A stretch of 64,000 nt of DNA from the NCBI GenBank assembly GCA_038087875.1, contig CM075994.1, positions 3,722,001 through 3,786,000 of the forward strand, in the 5' to 3' direction. Positions 29,585 to 44,111 of the stretch are shown piece after piece; the stretch's first letter is position 1; each line of letters opens with the position of its first letter. The notes below the pieces were generated by a model. That model was not told where the DNA came from. It made no database searches and was given only the letters and a program-made list of their open reading frames with translations. This DNA is from Malacoraja senta (lineage: Eukaryota). Made by a program: the position numbers and the translations under genes.

Positions 29585-31399
29585 CCTGTATATGTACATG
29601 CCTCTCTAAAAGCCTCTTAAGTGCCGGAGTCGTATCTGCCTCCAACACGTGGTCAGTCACCCATAACTCTCTGAGTAAATAATTTGTCCTGTACATGTGC
29701 TTTAAACCTAGCCCCTCTCACTTTATAGATATGCTCTCTAGATCTTGAATTTTCCACGCGGGGTAAAACGTTCTGACCTACCTATACCTCTCATGATTTC
29801 ATACGTTTCCTTCAGATCTCCTCTCAAACACTGACGTTGCAGCCAAAACAATCTTATGGTCAATTCTTCATACGCAAATCCCTCTAATCCAGGCAACATT
29901 CTGGAAAACATCCTCCTTCTATTTGAAAAAATACCTATCTGAGATCGTTTGTTTGACGCCTACGTTGATTTACTTTCTGATATAAGGAGGTGGCTCATTA
30001 TTTAAATGTGCTAAAGGTAGAAATATATTTATGTAACAATTTCCCCAAATTTATCCCGCCTCCCCAATGCTTAATAAATCGAAATGTATTTGTTACTTGT
30101 ATTGGGAAATCTAGTATTCACCTCCATTGCACTTTACTTGTATTGGGAAATCTAGTATTCACCTCCATTGCACTTTATCATAAAAATTCAAACAAACACC
30201 GTTTGCATCTTAAAAATCATACCTTTATTCATTTAACCACCAAATGAATATGGGCATAATGGGGAGTTATTGATCTAGAAGAGACCAAAGAGACTATTGA
30301 AAGGTTAATGAGGTTGCATGTGGCGACAAGAAATTCAAGAGACTGCATATAGTAGAATATTAAGGAAAACAAACTGCTAAAGCAATTTAGCGGGCAGAAG
30401 CGTCGATTTATGGAAATGGACCGACGATGTATCGGATGAGGACCGCCTTTGAGACTGCAGACTATTTATCCACAGTATCCCTAAACAAACGTCCCATTCT
30501 ACTTATGTCGGTTAAGGTTTCTATCTGGGATACACAAGAGCAACACTTGCAAATAAACATCCACTTTTCATAAAAACAATGAAACATTTCTTCTTGAGTA
30601 ATAGTATTATGCATTTATAAGCAAAATTACAATTTTCAAGGACACCGTTCAAATTTCATGCAGTTGAGTTATCAGATCATAACTCACCGAACGCTTATTT
30701 CGCGACACTCATTCTGCATTTGTAAAAGATCAATGGAATTATTTTATTTTTAGTGGGCGGAGCAAACAACGCCGCCGAACAATAATGGATTATTCAATAA
30801 ATGATTCATCACTTCAGATGAATTGCTACAGTTCACATGTCATATCGTCATACGTTTCATACTCTCACTGTTACTAATTGCATAATTTGTAACCCTTTCT
30901 TGTCATCGTTACGTGCACGTTACGTTGGCCTTGTACAACTAACATAGCGCGGTTGGCAGTTGGAATAGCGAACGATAAGCAGTAATAGGTTATATGGTCT
31001 CAGGCGCAAGAACAAGAAATAGGTCAGTGCTCTTCAGCGCATTGCTCCGGATCACAATTCGGCAGTCGGCCTACGAACTCTAATATTTTAGCTGGAAACC
31101 TGCAAAAAAAGTAAAGGTAAAAAATAATAAAGTACGGCAGTTCATTCTTGGATATTTGAGTCATTTACCCATTACTATTTACGTATGTCTGATTATTGCT
31201 TGTACGTAGAAAAAGGGCAGAAAAGTTAGTTTGTGGGAACACTACAACCTGGGGTTACAAGTGTGGAAGTGAATCGAAAAATATGGAGAGGAACTATTTT
31301 CGGTGTTTACTTGAGAAATGCTGCTTTTCAAATCCACCGAAGGCGGCTTTTCAAACGTTTACTTTCTTCACCACTTAAAGTCGGCGCTAATTTTATTAG

Positions 31400-31635
31400 T
31401 AAGCGTAGAGGTAGAATTGCTGCCAGAGCACCCGGTTTCGATCCTGACTACGGGTGCTTGTCTGTACGGAGATTGTACTATCTCCAGGGTGACCTGCGTT
31501 GGGTTTCTCCAAAATCTTCGGTTTCATCCCACACTCCAAAGATATACAGGTTTGTAGGTTAATTGGCTTTCGCGGACTCGGTGTGCCGCACGACCCGTTT
31601 ACGCCCTGTATCTCTAAATTAAGCTAAACTAAACT
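31400..31635 (+). mobile_element. Degenerate V/HE1-type SINE
   Basis: Similar to 11163-11480, with ctaaa tail. Confidence 0.75.
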
Positions 31636-32401
31636 AGTAACTGTTATAATGCGAGTGCTGTGTAACTGTTATAATGCGAGAGCGAGTGCGAGTGCTGAGT
31701 GCTAAACTAATAACAGATACAAATGCGAGTGCTGTACGATACGTACATATATTTATACCTTGCAACAATGGTAAAAACAAATGCAATAGTGCAGTCGAAC
31801 GTAGTGTTAAAATTTTCAAAATTTTATGGTGGGTTATTATACAGGAAGAAGAAACTGGCGATAAATTTAGTTTGCGATTTTCGGATGCCTTCCATCTGTT
31901 AATATTTCGGCTGTTTTCGGCATACGTTTTAACCATGTTTGCATAATTATTTAGTTTATTCACGCATCCATTTTCTTCCACACCCTCCTTCACCACTCTT
32001 CCCGTTACATTCACCTTGAGAAGATGCGTAAACTTAACATTCACATTGTTCCTTTCGCTGTGCGAAAAATCGTTTGGAATAACGATCCACACGCTCATTT
32101 TGTGTGAATGCTCAAATCAGTATCAGCGAGTCGGTTCTGCTCATATCATGTAAATGTTACATCTACAGTATAGTGCATATACAAACCGTAAGGAGATTGT
32201 TCCGCATGTAATGGAGAGTGCGGGCAAGGAGGGGCATAATTGAGCATTTACACTGGGAGGGACCAATCGTCATGTATGTTTGAAACAAATTAATGATATT
32301 TATCGAAGAAATTAAAATCAGAAATCCTGCCATCATCACGTTATAGTTTATTTATATAAATTAAAACAATAACAAATATATATTGTTGTTTACTTTGCAG
32401 G

Positions 32402-32417
32402 ATGGATAGTTTCAAAG
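32402..32417 (+). CDS. Gene B putative start exon, MDSFK + phase 1
   Basis: tttactttgcag|gATGGATAGTTTCAAAG|gtaggt. Confidence 0.6.
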
Positions 32418-33344
32418 GTAGGTTCCGAAAATATATAAGACATTTGACAAAGAAATTCGCCAACGTTAATACGGCTAACTACTGGTTGAATATCTTCACC
32501 GATATCAGTTCAATTTACTTTATTGTCACATGCACCAATGTACAGTGAAAAGCTTTCGTTGCGTGCTAACCAGTCAGCAGAAAGACAATACATGATTAAA
32601 ATGGATCATGATTAAAGTGTATGAGGTAATAAGGGAATTTTCGCGCAATAGTGCAAATGCGGTATGAAATTGTGCTCTGCACACTGTCGCTTTCTGTTGT
32701 TAAATAATTCATAGGTAATCATTCCGAGGACGCAAAGACCACAGAGATTTACATCGTCTGGAACTATTCCATTGCAAAAGAAAATATATCTCCACATTTT
32801 CAACGGTATATTATTTAAAAGAAAATATAATTTTCAACAAGCCATGTGAATTTTCAATGTGAGGCAATCAAGTTCCAGAAAGCCCACGAAAGAAACGCTT
32901 TGGCCTCATTAATCACCCTATTATCTAACTGAAACTCACAAGCACCATTTATGTATTCAGTTCGAGTATTTCGTCATAAATGTACACCTATACATCAACA
33001 CATAATATATTTTCCACATTATCATTTAGAGATCTTGCCCCATCACCAATTCGCCTGTAAAGTACTTACACATATTAGCCTTACGATCTTGTTCAAAATA
33101 ACTTTTCTGTATTTTGTCTTCAATTCTAATTAATGCACGATCGAAAATTAAAGATAGCTCACCGCAACTTGCATTCAACATTGTACATTTCTACATTTTT
33201 TACTCGTATCTATATTTCAAATGTATTGAACAAAAGTGTCCTTTCAAGGATTTATTTGACATTTCAGCCTGACAACTATCTCCAACATTTCCTTTTCCAC
33301 TGCATTACCTAGAGTTTCTACCTAGGGCAATTGCATTGCACACT

Positions 33345-35180
33345 TCAAGTTCAAGTCAAGTTTCCTTTATTGTCATTCAGACCTTTCGGTCTGAACGAAA
33401 TTGTGATGCCTGCAGTCATACACAGAACCAATAATAACAAAACATACAATAAACACAAATTAAACATCCACCACAGTGAGTTCACCAAGCACACCCTCAC
33501 TGTGATGGAGGCAAAGTCTTAGTCTCCGTCTCTTCCCTCCTTGTTCTCCCTCTGCGCTGAGGCGATCGATCCGGGCCGAAGATGCCGCCCTCCAGTCCAG
33601 CGGACCTCCGTGGTGATGTCGCCGCCGCCAAAAGCCGGAACGCCGCCTCCGCTCCAAGACGGCCTGCCACAGCATCAGCCCCGGATCTCGCCGTCTCCGC
33701 TCCGGGCCGCTGCCCCAGCTCCGGGCCCCGCAGTCTCCGCGCCCCGCAGTCTCCGCTCCGGACCCCGCTGCACCAGCTCCAGGTCCCGCAGTCTCCGCTC
33801 CGGATCCCGCAGTCTCCGGTCCGGACCCCGCTGCACCAGCTCCAGGCCCTGCAGTCTCCGCTCCGGACCCCGCTGCACCAGCTCCAGGCCCCGCAGTCTC
33901 CGCTCCGGACCTCGCTGCACCAGCTCCAGGCCCCGAAGTCTCCGCCCCGGACCCCGCTGCACCAGCTCCAGGCCCCGCAGTCTCCGCTCCGGACCCCGCT
34001 GCACCAGCTCCAGGCCCCGCAGTCTCCGCTCCGGACCCCGCTGCACCAGCTCCAGGCCCCGCAGTCTCCGCTCCGGACTCCGCTGCACCAGCTCCAGGTC
34101 CCGCAGTCTCCGCTCCTGACCCCGCTGCATCAGCTCCAGGCTGCCGCCGAAAGCCAGAACGCCGCACCAGCAAGTCTGGCCACCGCTGCCTCAGCCCCGA
34201 AGACGGCCAGCCTCCCGTTGGGAAGTCCTGGCTGGCTCTGCCTCCGTAGCCTCGGGGTTGGGCGCAGGATGGAGGCGGCCAGTCCCGCCATTAGGCCTCA
34301 CCGCAGTCTTTTCATCGAATTATTCCGTTATGGCCTCTGCCTGAAGGTAAGTAAGTAAGTAACTATTTTTTTTTATTTATATAGCACTTTTAAATCAAAT
34401 CACGTTGAAGCCAAGTCCTTTACAGAGAAAAAAACTAGATTACCATACATCCATACAACACAAAAAAGAAGAAAAAAAAGACACAATACACCATAGGATT
34501 CAACACGAACGTCCCCCAACAGCAGAATCAACAATTTCCACTGGGAGGGAAGGCACCAAAAAGTCCAGTCCTCCTTCTTCTGCTAGTCCACCCGAGGTCG
34601 GGGCCCATTTGAGGCATCCGCAGCCAGTCGCCACAAGGGCGGACCGATGTTTTCAGGGAAGATGGAACTCCGGCGTCGGGTGAACACTCCTCAGCGGCTT
34701 GCAAATGTCTGGAGCGGCCGCTTCCTCCCCGGACACCGCAGCTCCCGAAATCCTCAGGCCGCGCTGGTCAGAGCCCCGACTCTGGCGATCTCGGATCGCA
34801 GGCTCCGCGGTGTTTTAAATCCAGCGCCGCCCGCGGCCGGACTCCCGCAGCCACAGCTCTTCGGATGTTGGAGTCGGGGGTCGCAGCACTCCGGAGCTTA
34901 CCGCTCGGCGACCCGGGTAGGGCATCGCCCCCTCCGCGATGGTGTCCCAGCCCTGTGCCGCCGCCGACGCTGTAGTACCGGCCGATCCCGGGAGGAAACG
35001 CCGCTCCAGTCTCGAAGGAGAGGACGAAGATGCGACTCGGAAGAAAATCTCAGAAATAAAGTTTCCCCCTTCGTCTCTCCACACCCACCACATAAAAGAA
35101 GACCTCCAACAAACACTTTGTTTTAACAGGACTAAAAATAAAAATAAAAAAGGGTGAAAAGATGGACTGCAGGCTGAAAG
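33345..35180 (-). mobile_element. Two adjacent non-autonomous LINE-related retroposons; the first carries a 42-bp minisatellite (~33745-34140)
   Basis: Tails caagttcaagt and (gtaa)n; unit ccgcagtctccgctccggaccccgctgcaccagctccaggcc. Confidence 0.65.
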
Positions 35181-35329
35181 AACACAGATCAGTCACAGAC
35201 ATGTCTGCCATTAATTCGCTGTTTCAAATGTAATCGTTCGCTTTTCCTGATATGTTAACATATTTATACCGAAATTCCGCACCGCACTTCGGCAATTGGA
35301 AAATAAAATTTCAAATTTGTTTGCCATAT

Positions 35330-36435
35330 TAGAGCAGATGATCTTCATCAAGATGGATGGGGAAAAGTGCAGCAGGATCCTAATCGATTGGGCGGGTGTG
35401 CTGAGGAATGATTGATAGAGCTTAACGGAGAGAAATGTGAGGTATTGCACGTGGGAAAGTCCAACATGGGCATGACCCACACAGTGAATTGTAGGGCTCT
35501 GGGTAGTTTTTTTTAGAGCAGAGGGATCTACGAGAGCAGTTGCGTGGTTCATTGAAGGCGGAGTCGCAGTTAGATTGAGTGGTTCAAAGGCATTTCGGCC
35601 GGTTGGTCTTCATGAGGCGGAGTATTGCTTATATAAGGTAGACACAAAATGCTGGAGTAACTCAGCGGGACAGGCAGCATTTCTCTAGAGAAGGAAATGG
35701 GGACGTTTCCGGTCGAGTCCCTTGTTCAGTCCGATCTGATTCTTCAGACAGATTGAGTATATGTCAGTTTGCACTTGTATAAGATGTTGATGACGCCGCA
35801 TTTAGAATATGGTATTCCGTTTTGCGCACCGTGTTATCGGAAATAAGTTGTCAAGCTGGAAAGGGCGCAGAGAAGATTTACGAAGATGAAGAAGGGTCTC
35901 GACCCGAAAAGTCACTCATTCCTTCTCACCAGAGATGCTGCCCTTGCCGCTGAGATACTCCAGCGTATTGTGTCTATTTACGAGATTGTTGCCGGGACTA
36001 GAGTCTCTGAGCTAGAGGGAGAGGTTGAGTAGGCTGGGACTGTATTCTTGGAGCGCAGAAGGAGGATGGGTGATATTATAGAGTTATACAAGGTCATGAG
36101 CGGAGTGGATCGGGTAGATACACAGAGTGAATCGAGTACCAGTGGACATAGATTTAGGTGAAGGGGAAATTATTTAATAGGAATCTAAGCGGTAACCTTT
36201 TCACACAAAGGGTAGTGGGTGTATGGAACTGGCTGCCATAGGAGGTAATTGAGGCAGGGACTATCCCCACATTTAAGAAACAGTTGGGCATGTAAATAGA
36301 TCGGGCAGGTTTGAAGGGTTATAGACCAAATACGGGCAGGTGGGACAAGTGTAGATGGCACATCTTGGCCGCTATAGGCAGCTTAGGCCGAGGCGCCTAC
36401 TTTCATACTGCATCACTCTATGACTGTGACTCTAT
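35330..36435 (+). mobile_element. Old CR1-type LINE 3' region with small nested repeats
   Basis: aaatgtgaggtattgcac; ttttcacacaaagggtagtgggtgtatggaac; ctctatgact tail. Confidence 0.75.
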
Positions 36436-36813
36436 CAAGATTTATGTGAACTGATTATTTGTGGCAACATATTTATTCATCAGCATAAATTCAATGCTAT
36501 ATTTAGTGTTATATTGCCTTTAACGAGACACGGTTCACAGATTAATATTAAACAAGTATAACATATTATTTTTAGTCAGTACTTTAGTCAATAACTCATT
36601 ATATGAACAGAACTGGTTGAAAATGATCAAATCAGGTCTTTTTACATCCCGATTCAAACCATATAATAAAAAGATTGGTTGAGAAGTTAAGTGCAGATAA
36701 AATTCGATGAGAGCTGTATTGATCATGTAAACCATTTCGTATTTGTACTTCGCTGATTAACTATATCGTTTCGCCATTTACTGACATATGTGCTTTCTTT
36801 TTGCCCGATAAAG

Positions 36814-36837
36814 TTGAGCAACTGGATAAAAATGCAG
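36814..36837 (+). CDS. Gene B micro-exon, 24 nt, (V)EQLDKNA
   Basis: ctttctttttgcccgataaag|TTGAGC...TGCAG|gtaagg. Confidence 0.7.
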
Positions 36838-37779
36838 GTAAGGTAAAATGGTCGTACTATATTTCATTGCTACAAGTATAGTTAATGCAGGACACGAAAT
36901 ACAATGTTATGTGTAATATTCAATTCTGATCCTCCACTTCAAGCGTTCAACAATTTTCAGTTGTATTTTATTCATAAGACCGACGATTTCTATTACACTC
37001 GTATTCGTAGACTTCCGAATCCTTTGGATATGTCGTGATCAATTTGGACTATTGTTCAGAACGGTTGAGCACTGCAATTGACAACACAATCAATTCACAA
37101 CCGTTACATGAATAATTGGTGACATTTGTTGACTACTTTTTATATGGAAACAAATTTAGAAAAAGTAAACGACTTTGCACTCATGATGATCGCCAGCGTT
37201 AAATGAAAGTCGATGGGTGCATCGACCTCATTGTCTCTCTGTAATGGTTTCAATGAGCATTTATGTTATTGCCGTATGGAATAGAACCATTATTTAATCA
37301 CCAAGTACACGTCATTTGCAGGATCAATATATAATATGTTTTACTATTCAGATGTTTACCCCGTGTTATTTAATGGGTATAGGTCTGGAATGTGCGGTCG
37401 ACCCCTTTTCACCTCCCAGGTTTTCGACATAATAAATATCGCGAAATTACTGTAATTTGCCTCTCAGTCTCATTGCAGAAGTGTGTTTATCAAGGACTAC
37501 TCGATCTCCTGATTGCCAAACATTTAAATCATATTCAATACTCATACTGACATTACTGTCCTGGGCCTCCCCCATTGCCAGAGTGAGATCACACGCAAAC
37601 TTGAGGAACAGTAACTCATATTCCGCTTGGGTAGTTCAGTGCCGAACTGTATGGACATAGATCTCTCCAATTTTAGTTAACTGCTAAACCACCCCTCGTC
37701 CCCGCCTCTCTCTTAAGCCTCATCTGGAATCTCATCTGTTTCTGCTCTTCCCTCCAATTCCACCAAAATTCATTTCTCA

Positions 37780-38380
37780 AGTCAAGAATCAAGAATCAAG
37801 AGGGTTTTATTACCATATGTCCCGAAACTGAACAATTACATATTTGCTGCAGCAGCACAACAGATATCTAAATATAGTACACTTTAAACACCATAATAAA
37901 CAACAAAAATAAGTTCAGTATATGTATATAAAAAAAGCAAACAATAAATAATATTGCAAAGACAAAAAACAATGTCCCCAAGGCCATGTTGTTCGGAGCT
38001 TATGAATGATTTAATAGCCTGATGGTTCTTGGGAAGAAGCTGCCTTTGAACCTGAACGTTACCGTTTTCAAAATGCTATACCTTCTTCTCGATGATAGGA
38101 ATACAATGAGAGTGTGGCCAATGAGGTGTGGCTCTCTGATGATACTGGCTGCCATTTTAAGGCAGCGACCCATGCATAACCCTTCGATGGTGGGGGTGTT
38201 GGGAGTCAGTACCCGTGACGGACTGTGCAATATTCACCACGTTTTGCAATCTTCTTCGTTTCTGGGCGTTCGAGTTGCCGAAGCAGGCAATGATGCTCTC
38301 ATATGCAAGTCCATACAGGTTCATGGTAGTTTCGTCGGCATTCCAAATTCCCTTAGTCTTTTAAGGATTTAGAGGAGTAG
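37780..38380 (-). mobile_element. Rex1-like LINE 3' fragment
   Basis: RCLKMAASIIREPH..RRYSILKTVTFRFKGSFFP; (tcaagaa)n tail. Confidence 0.8.
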
Positions 38381-40804
38381 TACCTTCTTGAATCCGAACA
38401 TCTTCAAACCTTTTGTCTCACTCCTTCTGCCTTTCGATCTCTGGTCTTTGTCCAACCACCTGCCTATCACACCCACGTCCTTTCCCCCCAACATCCACCA
38501 ACACCACCAACACCACCAACACCAACACCTGTATACAACGATTATTCCCAGACCCTGTCCTGCACCTCTTGCCTTCCAGTTTCTTTCCTCCTCACCCCCT
38601 CTTCCACCAGCAGTCGGAGGAAGGGTCCCGAAACAAAATATTACCTGCCATTTTCATAGGTTTGCTCCATGACCCGCTGATTTTTCAGCATTGCCGAATA
38701 GCATCTGCAGTTCCTGTTTTGAGGAAATTATGGTAGTTCCACGCTGACATGACAGTGCGCATACAATGACGGAAATGTCAGGAAATTTAGATGCTCTATT
38801 GATATTTTCCGTCCCTCTGCTACGAAATTAGATCACTGGAGATCATCAATAGAGCTAGCATCTGGCGATATAAGCCAATTAATGCATTGGGAAGTATGTT
38901 CTGAGTTGATTAAAATGAGCACATCATAGCCTACCAATACATTTCGATGGAGCAGACTGACTAATTATGCGCGCAGATCCTCTCCTATAACGTTCAAATG
39001 AAATTAAAAGATTTTTATTTCTGTAATACTTTATACCTTTAAAATAATTGAAAACGCCTTTTTAAGTTGAATGCGTGTATTCAATTTTCAATGGTATGTA
39101 TCATTCAAGTGCGCCTCACTGGCGTTTCATCGTCGCACAAACGTCCTTTTTTTCGCCCAAAGGTAGACTTTAAATTGAAGTGCCAGTAGATTGCCCAGCT
39201 GGTCACCGTGCTGATGGTTGGCCTCAACCCATGCTTCCACAGTTGAGACAACATTTTTCTTCTGTGCTAACCAAAAAACGTGCGAAAATTGAGGTTAGCA
39301 GAAACAGAGTATTATTCCATCGAGAACAAACAACTGACATCAATCTACGCATATACAAAGTGCTGGAGTAATTCAGCGGCTGCTCAACACCGAAGATAGG
39401 CACAAAATACTGGAGTACCCCGTCTATCTTTGTGTTTATCTTTGGTGTTTACCAGCATCTGCAGATCATTTCTACAGATCAATCTGAGTAGCTTCTGTTT
39501 ATAGATAAATACAAAATGCGTCAGTCAAAATGTCACAGATCATGTGACGGTTCTGAACGTCGTAATCAGGTTTATACTTATTTTCTCCTGATGTTTATAG
39601 TGCCATGTTTCACATCCGATTCATACGTGGCGACATCTAGGAACTCGCATTTCACCTTCACACCTTCCTAATTTGAAACTATAGCGCGGTCTCCCGCTGC
39701 CTGTTCCTCGTTCCAGTTCTAGTACTTAGTGAACAGCAATTTTGCACGGTAATGGGTTTAGACATTTAGTTATCTTTGTATAGGAAACCTTTTATTTAAT
39801 TTGATGTTTCAGTTGGAGTGGAAAACCGCTTGGTTGAAATGTCATTGACCTAATTTAACACAAAATCGAATTAAAATATATTATTCCAGGTAAAAACTAA
39901 AGATTATTTTTCAGTTCTGATCATTCAGAACGTTCCATTTAACCGATGGAGAATAATTTGAATGTGGTTGCACTTCATGCATAAAAATATCCATGCTTTA
40001 ATTCTGAAGAAATAGTTAGCCGAGAACGCTGGAAACTAAATTATTCACAGGCATTAAATGTTGACGCTGTTACTTTCCTGACCGATTCTTCCAGGCCTAC
40101 TGAGTGTTCCCCGTTTTATCTGCGGTCGTTTGAATGTAATGACTAGTCAGACACTCGGTTACCTAGGATCACGTTTCTTAATATTGCCAAGCGTCGTGAA
40201 CTGGATCTGCTGCCCTAGGGGCAAACTCCTTAACCATCGTCCCAGCCACCCTAGCGCACCTACAGTTCAGTTTAATATATTTTATTCATGGTTTATTTTG
40301 CCTTGGCAAATGTTTGTCCGCGATGACTTAACCCCACTTTTACTTAAATATGATAATCGATAGTCGATATTTTTTGTTTTCTGATAAAAGGAAACGACAA
40401 CGTTAATTGTTTTCCCCGTTCTCAAATCTGAGCGAATCTTTTCGTTTTTACTGAGAATGGTACACCGCAATAAAACGCGAGAAACAGCTCACAGTAGAAA
40501 ATTCCTGACATTCTGAATTTAAGTGAAAGTGCATTGTCGTGTATTGCAGAATTTCTCGGTGTAGGAAGGAACTGCAGACGCTGTTTTAAACCGAAGATAG
40601 ACACATAAAACTGGAGTATCTCAGCAGATTAGACAACACCGCTGGAAAATATGGATCGGTGACCCTTTCGGGTCGAGACCCTTCTTCAGACAAAATCCAT
40701 TCGTTCGTTATCTCACACTGATGAATCCTCAAACGTTGCAAAGTTCTGTCAGCTCAGTTACGTACTTTCGTTCCCATATGTATATTGAATAAAATATATG
40801 TCGC

Positions 40805-41535
40805 CAGATGGCGCCGAACGATGGCTGCCTCGCCAACGGTCTGTCTCGTCTTTTTCCTTCTCTGTTGTTTTTAGTCTGTTGTTAAATGTATGTTTCAGTG
40901 CACCTTTAGTTTTGTATTATTTGGGAGATGGGATGGTGGGGGATACGTTTTGTATCTATTTCCCCGACGGCGATGCAACTTTCTTCAGTGTCATATCTCC
41001 GTCCGCGCTGTGGCCTAACATCGAGGACCTGGCGGCCTCTTGCTGGGGATCGATCTCGGGACTTCCAACCGCGGGAGCCTGCCAACGTTACATCGCGGAG
41101 CTGGCGTCCCTTTGTCAGAGATCGTCCTTGGGAGCTCCAACCGCGGGAGCCTGCGGTCTAAACATCGTGGAGCTCACGGTCCCTGGTTTGGGACCGAATT
41201 CGGTGCCTCCAACCACAGAAGCTTCGATCGCCCGATCGCAGGATCTTCGATCGCCCTGACGAGGGAGTTTCGATCGCCGGCTGCGGGAGCTTCGATCGCC
41301 CCGACTGTGGTTGGTTCGACTGCCCCGACCGCGGGTGAAAGGAGGAAAGAAGATCGCACTTTATTGCCTTCGAACACAGTGGGGAATGTGGTGGAGCCGC
41401 TGTGGTGACTCTAAATGTTAAATGTTATGTAGTTGTGTGTCATGTTGCTTTTTTTGGTATGACTGTATTGCAACTCTATTTTTTGTATGTTGCAAAACAT
41501 ACTTGACTAATAAGATTACGATTACTATTACGATA
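40805..41535 (+). mobile_element. Non-autonomous LINE-related retroposon
   Basis: agatggcgccg head, ttcgatcgcc repeats, (attacg)n-like tail; related to 6428-7240. Confidence 0.6.
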
Positions 41536-41671
41536 TGTGTTCTGGTTATATCGTATAATTCATTGTGTAAGTAAAGTCCCAGCAAATGCTGTTACTTGAA
41601 CTCACGAATATTCAATCGCACCCCGCGATCCGGTCATTGTTCTTGATTGTTTCTCCACTTAATGTTTTTAG

Positions 41672-41698
41672 ATTTGGAAAAACTTATCGCGGAGAGCA
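41672..41698 (+). CDS. Gene B micro-exon, 27 nt, (D)LEKLIAES
   Basis: aatgtttttag|ATTTGG...GAGCA|gtgagt. Confidence 0.72.
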
Positions 41699-41887
41699 GT
41701 GAGTACAGACTTTTATAAACGAATATATTTTGTTGGAGATAAATATTCACAGAAATAAGAATTAAAGTCCAGCAAATTTTACGCGTGACGTATCAATCTG
41801 TTCCATTTTGGTTTTGGTTTATATTACTTTGCGCAACGATCAGAGGAAAGAATGGTTTGATTACTTTTTCTTTTACAATTCTTACAG

Positions 41888-41914
41888 TGAAAAAGATGCT
41901 TGCGAAAGACCTAG
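41888..41914 (+). CDS. Gene B micro-exon, 27 nt, (M)KKMLAKDL
   Basis: ttttacaattcttacag|TGAAAA...CCTAG|gtaatg. Confidence 0.75.
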
Positions 41915-42433
41915 GTAATGTTTACCCTCTAATACTAAATATATTTCAGATTATACTTCGTACATTTTATTTAAAAAAATCAATGGCAGTGTCAAATTTT
42001 CAAAAAACTATTCTTAATGCTCTTAAACGAATAAAGCAAAATGTTCGCATGAAACAAAAGCCCTAGTTTATTTCATCATTATATTCGGTGTTATTAACAT
42101 ATCGTTCCGTTTCCGACTGAGCTAATCCTTAACGCCCGAATCCATGCATTCGTCGCCCATTGGAATTCCATGTTTTTTGTAACCCCCAAAAATTCTGAAA
42201 AATGATATCAATCTCCATATATTTCTTGCCCAATTTTCTGATTGATTCGATACTCGTCGCCTTAAAAGTTAAAGAAGAGATCTTAGAAATTATCTCGATT
42301 AATGTGTTCCATGTAATCATTAGTTGTGTGGACATTCAAATGTTAATTATCGAGGATTTAAATAATTATACTTCAAAAGTGTGCTTCCTATAGATAGCGT
42401 GGTCTGACATTGTGTAATATTTTGTTTCATAAG

Positions 42434-42469
42434 AGATTGAAATTCTGAAGTTAAAGGTTTCGAACGGCG
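42434..42469 (+). CDS. Gene B micro-exon, 36 nt, (E)IEILKLKVSNG
   Basis: ttttgtttcataag|AGATTG...CGGCG|gtaagg. Confidence 0.75.
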
Positions 42470-43936
42470 GTAAGGAAACAATCCATTCTATTGAATTAAA
42501 ATTACGCGGCCGTCTCGCTTCTGCGTTAACTCAGAAAAAAGTATTTGCGTTATTTCCTTCATGATCTGATTCCATTATACCTCGTGTTTGACGCAATTGA
42601 TAATTGGTGTGTATTCCTAATTTCCCTTGGCCTGTCTGAATTGAAAAAATAATTACCTCGTGTAGGGTATTGTTATAATATCGTACGGAATGAAAATATT
42701 GCTACTTTCAGTTAATGTATTTGTATTTCATCTTCAGCGATCCTTTTAAGATTAATGGCCATTAAAATCTATTTGGCATTACTCTGGAGTTATCATTGTA
42801 CACATATTCTGTGTATTAATTTAATATGAGAGACATCAAGAATTGCAAAGTATTGCAAACTAGTTTAGTTCGCTCGAATTCACAACAATGGTTATAATTG
42901 TGATTTGTGCAATGCAAGAGCTGGATAGTTATCAGCGTGTTATTTACAATTTGCTGCTTTCAAAATACATTGAGTACTCTGCCATTGAATGGCTTTGCAA
43001 AACCATTATATATGTACCAATGTACATCAAGAAGTCTGAAACATTTCCTATGAATGACATTTGTTTTAAATTTCCTTCGTATGGGACAACATGTAATAAA
43101 TACGCTGGGACTGGGCAAGGAATAATAGGTATATTAAAAGGAAAATTGCACATATTATCATAATTAACATTAGTCGATCGCTCATCATAATAAAGATGAA
43201 TGCAATTGCAAGTGATGTATATTCTTATACCCATTCCCCATTTAGAGGTGGACGAATAAAGCACATGTCAGAATGACTTTTCGTGGAACTATCGACTCAA
43301 CCATTGCTTTAGGTATCACCAAGTGCCAATTGAAATGTCGGTTTTAGGCAATATACGGAAGCTTGCACCGCACTTTGAGGTCACGGAAATGCCATTGATA
43401 TTCGAAGTATAAACGCATACAGGATGCCACTAGTTATAACGCTAATTAGTCCACTGATATTATTTACCGTCCTCTAAGATGTGTCAATGTGTCACAAGCG
43501 GGCGTATCGCGGTGCAGGGTGGTTGTGTGACACTTCACTGTGGACGTTTGGACTTGAAGTTGATCTCAACCTATTTTGAAAATAAAGACATTGACTAATG
43601 ATGCTCGTATTAATTCGGAGTACAATGCAAAACAAAATTGGAAAGATATAAAGGCAGTAGCTTGATTACGAAATAATACGTATTTGTTTTGGGAAATATG
43701 ATAAAACCAATGTTATTTGCAGGTGATTCTGCGACTTCCATGAAATTGTAGTTTTGGTTAATGTGTAAAAGGTTCGCATTTCATAATTGTTTATTTTGTT
43801 GGCTAGTGCATTCTCCCTAAATCATATTATTATATCCCAATTGGCAATAAAACTTCAATATGATAACTTTTATTTTCTGCAGTTGTCTATATTCTAGATT
43901 GTATTTAATGGTGTCTCAATTCCATACTTTTCACAG

Positions 43937-43954
43937 ATGGCACTACCGATACAG
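43937..43954 (+). CDS. Gene B micro-exon, 18 nt, (D)GTTDT
   Basis: catacttttcacag|ATGGCACTACCGATACAG|gtaaga. Confidence 0.72.
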
Positions 43955-44090
43955 GTAAGATGTAATAAATTATTTAGCAAAGCTGCACATGAACGGATCA
44001 TAAAGTGAAGCGCTCCAGAGATTTGTTGACACTTTTTAATTACAAGAACTAGAAATAAACTTCAGATTACTGACACGGTATCCGCGATAG

Positions 44091-44111
44091 GGGACAATGG
44101 AGAATCACTTG
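44091..44111 (+). CDS. Possible gene B micro-exon, 21 nt, (G)DNGESL
   Basis: ccgcgatag|GGGACA...CACTTG|gtaagt; strong donor, weak pyrimidine tract. Confidence 0.4.

Noticed and set aside
31634..32098. 154-aa minus-strand ORF
   Set aside because: No motif I recognise and no convincing exon structure; a BLASTp/HHpred hit would reopen it
33460..34358. Silk-like GAETAGPGAGAAGS repeat protein
   Set aside because: 42-bp minisatellite inside a retroposon, open in several frames on both strands
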